Below, piece by piece: positions 43,701 to 59,100 of a stretch of DNA of 64,000 nt. The DNA is taken from assembly GCA_965637545.1 (NCBI GenBank), contig OZ281494.1, positions 12,896,001 to 12,960,000 on the forward strand. Direction: 5' to 3'. The translations under genes were made by a program, and so were the position numbers. Source of the stretch: Phallusia mammillata (taxonomy: Eukaryota). Position 1 is the stretch's first letter. Each line of letters begins with the position of its first letter. The notes below the pieces were generated by a model that was given only the letters and a program-made list of their open reading frames with translations, had not been told where the DNA came from and made no database searches.

Positions 43701-46700
43701 ATGTTGCCTCGATGGACTGTGTCATTGGAAGGTGGCCCTCGGAGAGTTAACCACTCTTCTGCTCTGATTGGACATAGAATATTTATGTTCGGTGGTTACT
43801 GCATGGGCGTGAATTATGAAGTTATCAGCCTTATTGATGTCCATGTCTTTAACACATGTAAGTTACAGTGTATAAATTTCCCTTTAAAATAAGTTTTGTG
43901 TAAGTCTGCTTGAAATTGTTTAGTTGGAATCACTTATTTGTATTGAAGTTTTAATAGTTGATTATTGATGTATTAATATAACTGTGTGTTTTGTTTAAAT
44001 TTTAGATACCTACAGATGGGCAAGAATACCAACAGAAAAAACAACATTTGAAAATATTGCACATGTGCCTTACATGAGGTACAGTACATAGTTTTTTTTG
44101 AAACAGCAATATAAAATATGTGTGTTTCTTAACTATGAAAATATATTTGTAGAGTAAGGTTTGATTGACAGGTGATAACACTTGATGTGTTTTCCAGATA
44201 TGGTCATGCATCTGTAGCTATTGATAATAAGGTGTATTTGTGGGGCGGACGGAACGACTCATTTGGTGCATGCAATGTATTGCACTGCTTTAACACTGGT
44301 GGGTTTAGTGTGCCATTTAATTTAAAGCAGATTAAAACATGTGACAATGTTGCATATGGAATAGAAAAGTGTTTTTGCTACCTCTGCCAACCTTTCTTTC
44401 CAGTGATGTGATAGATATGTGGAACACACATGAAAACAAAATAGTGCTTTATGTTCAATTTATTTTGATGAAGCTTGTAGTACTCAATTCATAAAAAATG
44501 TATACAACAAGCTAAATTCTTTTTCTTGCTTTGCTACAAACTTAACAGCCTGCGTCACTAGCTTTGGAACACAACTGTAATGTAACAAGCTAGCAATGAC
44601 AAAATAATTTTGGCAACAAAAACAACAGAATGCTAACAACTATGGTAAAGCAAAAATAAACAAAATTTTGTGTGCATGGCGAGCCCCTCATGGTATAAAA
44701 TTTCTGCATTAGATCTTTTTTATAAATAAGCTGTTGCTGCCAGGCATAGTATCAAGTTTATAGAGCTCTTCTGGCAAATGTATCTTTATTCCGACGTTTC
44801 GACGTCCTATACAGGTCGTCTTCATCAGGGTAAATAACACTGAATGCGACTAGAACAGTGCACGATAAACAAAGGAAAAAAGAATGAAACGCAAGCACGT
44901 CACAACACAACGAAAACACTGAGCGATAACGAATGATTGGGTCTCTAATCTTTGAGCAGGTGCCTGTAGCACGCTGGAAGCATCACGTCTGTTTTGACCC
45001 GGGAGCCTGACTACAGGAAAAGACTATTTCTTGAGTCATGGAATATTCACCAACGGGGCAACACAATGACCATCAAAACAGACGTGATGCTTCCAGCGTG
45101 CTACAGGCACCTGCTCAAAGATTAGAGGCCCAATCATTCGTTATTGCGTGGTGTTTTCGTTGCGTTGTGACGTGCTTGCGTTTCATTCTTTTTTCCTTTG
45201 TTTATGGTGCACTGTTCTAGTCGCATTCAGTGTTATTTACCCTGATGAAGACGACCTGTATAGGACGTCAAACGTCGGAATAAAGATACATTTGCCAGAA
45301 GAGCTCTATAAACTTGAGATCTTTTTTATGGTGAACTATGGTCCTCTATCTTCAGGCAGCTTCAGTACTACTGTACACACACTTTGTAGGTTAAAACTAT
45401 TGTTCCAAGTAATTGTAGTGATTAGACATAACAGATACATTAGTTGCAAATTGCAATGACTTTATCTAAAAATAAACTGGAAAGTTTTTTCCCCATGCTT
45501 GCAAAGCAAGTGGCGCTTGTAGCATCATGACTTACCTTAGGTGTGTTAATGATTTTAGTTATATTATTATTCAGACAAACTGCATTGGAAAAAAGTGCCA
45601 CTGAAAGGGACATATCCTGGTGCCAGAGATGGGCATGCTATGTGTGTTGTAAACTCCAAAATATACATTTTTGGTGGATATGAGCAGGAGGTATGTTATT
45701 GCACAACAAATGATTAGTTTTCACATTAAGCATGTAAGATTTGCACGTTTCATATTTCCTTTTAGGCTGACTGTTTTTCCAATCAAATGTTCATGATTGA
45801 CCTCAAAGAAAAAATGTGGCACTTTATTCAAGCAAAGGTATTCAGTTTGTATTCCGTTTCACATCTATAACTTTCTGTGTTGATTATGCCTGCTGCCAAG
45901 TATAGAGTATCTCTTCATACACACCTTGTGCTACATAATTAAATAGGCTTGCTTTTTTATAATAACACACACATTTTTGTTTTCATTTAACTGGTACTCT
46001 ACTTTATTGTCAGGTGAGTATAGAAACTTTAAATTCAATTTTTTCTTTTATGTGCTGAATCAATCTCTTGGTTTCTGCAGCACAAAAGAATTAACATGAC
46101 CTAATTAATAAACTATGCATTAAAACTCAACGATTTGTTTCTTTGAGGAATCTATCTTGCTATTTGATTTTTTATTATTTTTAGGGTGGTATTCCAGCAT
46201 CATGGAGAGATTTTCACACAATAACATCCCATGGTGATCTAATTTATGTGTTTGGTGGCCGTGGTGATGTAAATGCTCCTATGCACTCAAATAGAGATAT
46301 TTATGACAACACTTTAAAGGTAAATGAACAATGAAGAAGTAGCAGTCTTGTTTATATTGTTTGTTTTGGGTGCAGTGTGGTTGGCAAACTTTTACACCGG
46401 GTAAAATTCTTCTCCAAATATCTGCATGTGGTTTCAAATATACATTGTGTCAATCCATCAATTATGGGATGATTTTTTTTTTTCAAAAAAACTAAACTGA
46501 AAATTCAATAAATCATGTAAACCAGAATGAATCAAGTGCATTAAAATTGTAAAGATAAAATGATGTTGAAATAATGAATAAAATGTATTTAAATTGTTTC
46601 TCTATTTTATAGGTTTTTAACACAAAAACATGTGAGTGGAGTAATCCAGTTAATCCAACATCTATTGCTCCATTGGGACGACGAAGCCATTCTGCATGTA

Positions 46701-48431
46701 ATTCACTTACAAAAAGTTGACAAGAAAATGATTTACATCTCATAAAACTGATTGTTTGGTTTGCAGTTATGCATGGAGGTTGTTTGTACATTTTCTGTGG
46801 ATACAATGGTGAAATCGATCAACATTTTAATTGTTTGTGGAAGTTTGATCCAGGTGCATTAAATTTTGTCAAAATCTTTTTTCAATTTATACAAGCTATA
46901 GCAATCCAATTAAACTATAATCATTTGTGTGAAGCGTAATTTTAAAGAAAGTTAAAACTTTGTGCATAAAAACCCATGTTAATACCAGATATATCATTGT
47001 GGAGCAAAGTGAAAACAGTCGGAACTCTTCCAATGGCTAGAAGACGACAATGCTGTTGTATCCATGACAACCGACTTTTTATGTTTGGAGGAACAAGGTG
47101 TTTTTACTATTGGATTTTGTAAAAATGTTATGTTTAAAAACAGTGGTTTTTCAAAAACTTGCCTTCACCGATGTACTACACAAAATGACCTTCTAAACTA
47201 AATTTTTTTTTGTTTAACTGTTTTAATTGATTGATAACATTTGTATGTTTTTTTACAGCCCTGTAGCAAGTAGTGATTATTACGCTGCTGACAACAGCTT
47301 TTTTATTGAAACTGATGACACAAACCTACAAGATCACAGTGACACACATGTTTTGGATTTTAGTAAGAAGCTTGATTTTATGATAAGTAACATCCAGATA
47401 ATAATAAACATAAAGTGCCGAAACCTACAAAAGGTATGTACTGTAGTTACTTAACAGTTACATGGATGCTTAAAATTTTGCAGACCCCAGCTTGAAAACC
47501 CTTTGTATTTTATCTGTCATCAAACATCGTCTTAATATGCAAACTTTACCTCCAAAAATCAGGTCAGTTTAATTGGTGATGGTGTTGTTGCTGTGTTGTC
47601 TAGATCAGTGGTTCCCAACCTTTCTACACTGTGGGACCGGTAAAAATTTGAAAAAAATCCACAGACCGGCAACAAAAGATCGTATAATGAATGCAACATG
47701 TATTTATAAGCTTTTTGTTCACCAAAGTTGTCGTTGCGCAACATAATGCAAGATTTAGTCATAGCCTATGTATTTAGGACGGAACGTTACAACCAAAGGG
47801 CAATCAACTCAAACAACAAAACGCCTATCTATTTACATACAAAATTGCTGTTGTTTCGCTTCCAGTATGAATCTTATCTCAAAGTTAAAAGTGAAGAATA
47901 ACTTTGTTTTCCAAAAAAATATTGACAAAACAAACATATACGTCACAAAAGCTTTATCAAACAATTCGCGGGTATCAACGGTGGAAAGCTACCCCAGTTT
48001 TACAGCCAAGCGTAAAATGAGTTTCGCAGGTACCAACAACTTTGCTATAGGTCTACTTATCATTCCATTTTAAAAAGTAACTCGGCATAAAGTAAGATAA
48101 TTTGCGGACCGGCAATATATTTGGGCGGACCGGCGGTTGGGAACCACTGGTCTAGATGGCATGAAGATTTTTAACTACCTTTCCCTTGCAAGGTTGCATT
48201 TTTTAATCCTCTCTTGTCCCTTGAGTTCTGATTTTATGCTGATGGACTTGTCACCAACAAAAAAGTTCAATGAAATTTAAATGAAGCAAACTTAATAGAA
48301 GTCACATTTTTAGCATACTTCAGTGTAGAAATAAAACAAACCTTACCTACTTTTGTTTACAAATTTCTAGATCTGAAATTCGTATGATGACAACACCAAA
48401 CACCATCAGTCGGTCTTTGTCGCAAGGTTAA
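43701..48431 (+). CDS. KLHDC3: Kelch domain-containing protein 3 (CRL2 substrate receptor), multi-exon
   Basis: N-terminus MLPRWTVSLEGGPRRVNHSSALIGHRIFMFGGYC; kelch motifs YGHAS..LWGGRND, PGARDGHA, WRDFHT, GRRSHSA, ARRRQCC; BC-box-like PSLKTLCILSV (about 47485); last exon 48371-48431 ends RSLSQG-stop. Confidence 0.93.
44791..44830 (-). ncRNA. Minimal Penelope-type hammerhead ribozyme motif (intact core)
   Basis: Minus strand CC-CUGAUGA-A-GACGACCU-GUAU-AGGACGUC-GAAACGUC-GG; palindromic ACGU in helix III as in dimer-dependent PLE hammerheads. Confidence 0.75.
45240..45278 (+). ncRNA. Penelope-type hammerhead motif with the G of GAAA deleted (predicted inactive)
   Basis: CC-CUGAUGA-A-GACGACCU-GUAU-AGGACGUC-AAACGUC-GG; one G missing relative to the copies at 44791 and 61888. 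Confidence 0.7.
47606..48149. mobile_element. hAT-Charlie-type MITE in the last KLHDC3 intron
   Basis: Perfect 15-bp TIRs CAGTGGTTCCCAACC / GGTTGGGAACCACTG; TSD GTCTAGAT at 47598-47605 and 48150-48157 (NTCTAGAN target typical of Charlie). Confidence 0.93.
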
Positions 48432-49158
48432 ACTGTTTGAGGAAATTTTAACTTGAAGCCATGCACTTACCCATGTTAATTTTTTGATGATTAAAATGCT
48501 CAATTACCCCAAAGCTGTTGTTAGGTTGTTTGTTTACCTTTTTGATCAACGAGACTCAAAGTTTGGATAAAAAATATTTATTGGTAAAAACAATTGCTTT
48601 ATGAGTCCCTTATTACTGGCCTGTGAAATATTTTAAATGATAACCCAAGGATGCAATCTTCAACTTTATTGTGCTGCAGGAATATATGTTGTGTCTGAAG
48701 TATTTTTTTTTAATTGCTGGTGTTATTTTTAGAATTGTCAATTTACATGATAATAATTATCTTTTTGCTGAAATGAAATTTTCGGAAAATCAGGATATTT
48801 TACCTGTTGCCAAATAGTGGAAGCAAATTTACTTCTATTTGACTATTTTGTTTTGTTAACCATTTTTCATCAGCCATCTTTGTTTGTATGAGGATCCTAC
48901 TTTGAAACTACTCAAAGTGTTTTTGTTTTATTTTATCTTTGTGCTAACTGCCTGGTGAATGTTTTTCCTAATTTGTCACTGTGCTCTTGTTTGTGTGTTT
49001 GTTAGCTTATACGCATGTATTGCATAGATCGTAAATAAACTGGTTCCTGACTGTAAGTTGCACTTTTCTTCACCCCGGGTCCGCAACAGACAGAGCGTAG
49101 CATGAGCGTTTACCAACGAAAATTGTAGGCTTAAGAGTGGTAGTAGTTTGTTGTAGTG

Positions 49159-49414
49159 CAGGGGCGGGCAACCTTTGTTACTGTGGGGTCAATTACAAAT
49201 GTCAAAATTGGACCGCGGGCCGCATCTGTTTTGCTTTGTTGCTTACAAAATATGCTTAACTACAATTCGTATTTGATTCTAGCCACATTTTGCCAGGTCG
49301 CAGAAAACTAGCATCAGGCGCATTAATCAGCTCAAAAATATGTAATTATTGGACTCGTTTGCCAGTACTTCTGAAACCCAAGCGTCTCTGCGGGCCACAG
49401 GTTCCCCACCCCTG
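49159..49414. mobile_element. hAT-Charlie-type MITE
   Basis: TIRs CAGGGGCGGGCAACCT / AGGTTCCCCACCCCTG; perfect TSD TTGTAGTG at 49151-49158 and 49415-49422; GCGGGCC subterminal motifs. Confidence 0.9.
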
Positions 49415-49977
49415 TTGTAGTGTGTCTACTATTGTAATTGTACCACCTTTTTGATGCACTATCGTTCTCTTGAAAAACGTTCCACTACATTATTGTTTTT
49501 TTTTTTGGTTTTCAAATTGTTGTTTCACGTCTATATTCCAGCCAAAAAGCCGTAAGTCTTGCATTTATGTGAAGATTTCATGGAATCGCAACATCAGTTT
49601 AAAATCGTCCATGTAGAGAAAAAGGGTAAAGAGCTCTACACTATTTACTTAAATGTGGGTTAATTTGCATTTAGCATACATTTTGTGAGTGTTTGACTGG
49701 TAGTTGTCTGCCTTGCTGCGCCAGCTAGCTCAAATACGAAATTTTGCATTGTTGTTTTGGTGCCGTGCGTAAACTACCCATAGTTTTAAGAAACATCGGT
49801 TCGAGCTCTGAAAGTTCGCCGCTGCATTGTACGTGTTTGATCACGTTTTTTCCCCACATCGTAGAGTGGTTCCGGTTTTAGGCAATGCAATTGTACTGTA
49901 TACGATTCAGGCCTATGTATGTATGTATGCATTTCTCAAAACTTGCCTTCGCTTGCAAATGGCCCATGGTGCCACTA

Positions 49978-50348
49978 CAGAGTTGTAAGTCGGGCTCGGG
50001 CTTAGGTTTTTTTTTTAAAAAAACGGGCTTGATTCGGGCCTGACTTTTCACTCTGTCTGAGTATTTTTTTAAAATAAATTTAACCAGATCAGTACCCAGT
50101 TGCTGGACCTGACCTAATGTCAAAAAGCGCTAAAACGCCGTGTTTAAGACCAACGATTCGAGTTCGGCCTTGGTCTTGGTCTTTCCTAGGGCTTAAATAT
50201 ATACGCTTGGCCTGTCAATCAAACTTTCGGGCCTAAACGGGCTTCTTAAAAACGATTCGAGTTCGGTCTGGGTTTCGGGCTTGTACTTTCGGGTTCGGGC
50301 TTGTACTTTCGGGTTCGGGCTTTAATTTCAGGCCCGTTTACAAGTCTG
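49978..50348. mobile_element. hAT MITE with TCGGGC subterminal arrays
   Basis: TIRs CAGAGTTGTAA / TTACAAGTCTG; perfect TSD TGCCACTA at 49970-49977 and 50349-50356. Confidence 0.88.
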
Positions 50349-50914
50349 TGCCACTAGGACATTTTGTTAAATTTTCTTGGACGTTTCCTTACCTTGCCGT
50401 ACCTCGACTCTACGCTTTCATATAAGAGCAAGGACAGTAAAAAGCAATCATTGTAATTATCTAATGTGATAATAAAATGTGATCAAAATCACGCGACAGT
50501 TAACTTTCAAACATACGAACGAGTACCGTGACAATCTTGCAACTGAACGATGTCGCATTGCAAGTTTTGCGAATTAAAAATGGGCTTAAGCATGAAACCT
50601 GTTAACTTGTAGAACGACCTTCCGAACTGCTTAACGTAAGCACATAAAACGCCTTTTGTAAACTTATACCGCACGTAGCAAATACATAAAGGATTAAAGA
50701 CAGCTTCACATAAAACGTGGTTTAAAAATTCATTCACACCTGTACACAATAAAATATATGACAGGCCTGGGCTAACGTAATAAAAAACACATTTTGCGAA
50801 ACAATTAATTTGGGGGGCATGTTACACCAGTGCTAACTTTTTGCCTCGTCGTAAATAAAACGACTGCAGAGAACAGTGTTAAATGTTTCAAAAACAAGGT
50901 TGACAAGTTTCCCT

Positions 50915-55426
<4,512 letters not shown>

Positions 55427-56021
55427 TCAAAATCGGCGGTTAAACTTTGTAGGTTTCTAAGCAACCTTAGTCTACGTCTAATCGTCGCTTTAGAGTGCAG
55501 TTGTATACCTGTAAATTGAAAACTTGCAAATCATTGCCTAACGGAATTTCTGCTGCTGGCAGTTGTAGCTGTTGCATTGTCACCTAGATAACAGCTTTTG
55601 CTAACGGCTTTAGGGCTTGCGCATTATAGCATTCCCAGTAATGTGGTGGGCCTGCTGCTGTGATAGAAGATCCAGTGACTTATCGATTGGATGTGATTTT
55701 AATTCCCTGTTGGGAATGACCTTTGCTACCCGGTGACACCGATCGTTACCGAAAGACGATATAGTGAGATGACATAAGGTTTTGCATTGAGGTGTCCCCC
55801 TTTGGGAAATCTGCAAGTGTTGTACACCAGAGGGCACCTGTTAAACATATGTTATGGTGACTCACTCCAAACATTTTTTTTCATTAGTTAACATGATGAT
55901 TAAACACTATTTAAGAAGTGGTAAAGTCAGCATGAATGTCCAAGCAAATACCGATACTATTTATTTAAAATAAATATTAAATTATAAAATCAATTATTTT
56001 AATCGGTTTTTAACAGTAATA

Positions 56022-56101
56022 ATTCTTGGGCGAAACTAAAACATCGACATAGCTGAAACTAAACACCGATTCTTGGGCGAAACTAAAACACCGATATAGC
56101 T
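56022..56101 (+). repeat. Short tandem duplication TTCTTGGGCGAAACTAAAACA(T/C)CGA(C/T)ATAGCT
   Basis: Two copies about 47 bp apart. Confidence 0.75.
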
Positions 56102-59100
56102 AATTGCCTGAAGCTCGTTTACAAATCCGAAAAATATTCTCTATAACGCACAATGCCATACGGAAGATCATATATGCAAGATGAGTTTTCTTAAGCACGG
56201 TTTGTCTGTTAGTTGATGTACCGTATGCTTTTTCAAAAAGTGAGTCCAAAGGTTTCTTATACAACCCGTCCAACTCGTTAGCACATTCGTAAGGCCAACA
56301 TCGGTCTGTTTGACCAATTAGCAACTCACGAAGCTGTAGACTTTAGCCTCGTCTTGTTTTCAAGGTCCCATTACTCCCTTAAGTGCTGATCGAGAAAAAC
56401 AAATTTGTTGTGGTGTTGGTGTCATCGAATATGTGATATACTGCCTTATTATTGGCGCTTGTGACAAGTGTAAATGCTGATGCAAATTTGCTGATTTGTT
56501 TAGGCACTACTATTGTACAAGCCGTACGATTAATGTTACAGACTTTGTTGTTATGAAACTGAATAGAGTAACATATCGCTGAAATGCTTCGAAAATAAGT
56601 TATATTACACATTTTTATGGACATATTGCATGTGGTCCTGTATAGCTTACCTAAGACTTTAAAGTTTACAAAATCTATGTTCCTTATTTATTCTTTTAAA
56701 TAACCCCTTAAGCTGATCTGTATAAAGGACTGCCAAAATATTTGCTAAACATGCATTTGTTATATACATTCGATACAAACTTTCCAGCAGATAAGTTGTT
56801 TACCAGACTACGTCAACACGTTACCTTGGTGGACGTCGTTGAATCGACTCGGTGCAAATCCAGGTTCTCGTCTCTGTTGGTGATAAAAAGTTGAGTTTCG
56901 TCGCGTCTCGTCCATGGATCATGTTGATGTAGTTTGTGATAGTTGCTGGAAAGAAAATTGGAATCGAAACATAAATTTTGAAAAAAACTGTAAGGTTTAA
57001 ATGTTGTCTAGGTTTACGATACAACCGAATGTCTTACTGTTTTTTTTTTTTTAATTTGAATAAGAAGCAGTAAATTCGTTTTTGGGGATCGGAAACAATT
57101 ATTGGGTTTTTGACATACAAACAACCCAAAGGTCGTTAAAATTGTGTCTTAAAAATGTTGAGTTTTGCCACATTTGGACCAAATTTAGGATTCGAGTCTG
57201 AAACATTTGAAACGTTACAATGTCAAGCGTTAATTCGCAAAGAATAGGATTTGGGGTCGAAACAATAGTCTCAAATAGCATACAACAGCCGGTTTCAAAA
57301 CGCAGTGGTAACTGTTAAGTCGTGGGATTGCAGCAATCAACTTTTCAAACCAGCTGCATTTACACACCGACCACCGTCAAACTCCTTGGCCCTATTGTTT
57401 CCCAAATGACTCACTCATGACCGTTTCACCTGTTCCACAGCTCAGCTTTGTGTGGTAAGAGAACAACCGATTTTACGAGTGGGGCGTTGGTAAATATGTG
57501 TTTTGTTGATTAGACCGTAAACACTTTTTGCAAGCGGACCGCGTTGCGCAACATGCAAGGTGGATTGCAAGTGGGCAAAGTTTGTGGATTCAAAACCGCT
57601 CTGGCGTAATATTACCGCTAATTACGCTTGAAAACCTATTTCAATGTATGCTTGCTAGAGGCCAGTTTTAATGGTTTGCGTTACCTCAATTTTTACAACA
57701 ATAATGTGAAAGATAGCGACGTTAGTTAGCATACATGCACAAGTTTTCAAAAGCTACCAAAGGTACAGCCTACTTCGAATCCTATTCAAAGAATTTAATG
57801 ATTTTGTTACTTAACAATCGCTGCAATGGACAGCAGCGAAATACTCTTTTTATGCAGTACAGTGTTGACAAGTTAACAGATCTAGCCAGGCTTCATATTT
57901 GTTCCTAACTTGCCGACATTGCAAATTTGGTGTACTCTGTAAACACTACTACGTACACACAATTACAATAACATGCTATTGTGTGATCTAGAGTGACAGC
58001 CCGGTAAAATGGACTGACAGATGTTTGGATATGATTCCAGGTCTCCAATAAAGAACGAATCAATATGCGTCCGGTTGTTCAGTCTTTCGTGTTTAAAACG
58101 AGTCAATATTTAACTGTGGGTTTGGGGTGGGACAGAATCCGACGGTTGCTAAATAAGTGGAACTAAGCTATATCAGAAGGTTGCGACAGTAATAAAAAAT
58201 ATTTTTTAATCTTTCAAAACGAAATATTGCGAGGTACATTGGTAGATGTGTACATTGTAAGTTATCTTCGATTGTAACAATATGAGTGACCGACATACCT
58301 TCACAAATTGCTACAAGACAAAAGTTTACCACATAACAAAATTTTTATGTCGTTTATCAACAGCTTTTGCCTTTGATCACACACAGATAAAATTTCCTGA
58401 ACAAACGTATTTATTTTAACTCGGTAACTTACTTATTAGTTTCAATCTTTTCATCTCCGTATTCACCCATCTTGATGCTGTTGTTGCTGGGAAAAAGTCG
58501 ATCTTGAATCAAACCAACGACCTTCCTTCGTTTGTCACCGAACAAGTAGGGGTAGATGCTGCAACGAAGATTCGATAAATCCCGTTGCTCAGGCAAATTT
58601 CCTTTTTTCTTTGTGCTTGCTGACGGTGGACTGCGTGTTGCGTAATGCCCCGTCGGATTGCGTTGAGTCAATAGGGTAGTCAATATATAAATCGTAGCCC
58701 TGCCTTAAACTAGTGGGCTCTGCAAATGCAACGAATCAAATGCTGATGTTAATTATATACTACGCGTGTTTTGACACACAGCATTTGGATTCATTTGTTT
58801 GTTTGTTTTTTTGTTTGTTTTTAATTCAAACAGTTTTAGTTTCTTAGCAAGATTAAGACGTAAACGTACCTAGTGCTCAAAATACATAGATACATGTATT
58901 GAGCACCCAGTTTGATTATAAAGATTTCATACAAAATCTACATCAAGTTATTCTAAGTTGCCAAAGTCTATTTTCTCATGTAGTTGGAACGTTTTGCTTT
59001 GGCAACGGGATTTAAAAGTCACTCCATAGTTTATCCGGAAAACAACATCCTAAAAATGAGTTTGTATATTAATATCCCAGCGCAATACACCCTAGTTACG

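Larger units (their letters stand above)
44752..45317. mobile_element. Penelope-like retroelement 3' fragment arranged as a fold-back inverted repeat
   Basis: Arms 44752-44997 and 45073-45317 (about 97% identical) around a 75-nt spacer. Plus strand 44991-45125 translates VLTREPDYRKRLFLESWNIHQRGNTMTIKTDVMLPACYRHLLKD-stop, resembling the C-terminus of the Penelope GIY-YIG endonuclease, followed by a hammerhead motif and AATAAA. Confidence 0.85.

Noticed and set aside
45038-45459. ORFs 45038-45220, 45148-45459 and 61752-61937 as host genes
   Set aside because: They lie in Penelope-derived repeat sequence in frames other than the endonuclease fragment; their shared peptide only reflects the repeat.
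57049-57064. ATTTGAATAAG resembling the 3' part of the ascidian spliced leader
   Set aside because: Only a partial match, not followed by a GT donor or Sm site; expected by chance in AT-rich DNA.
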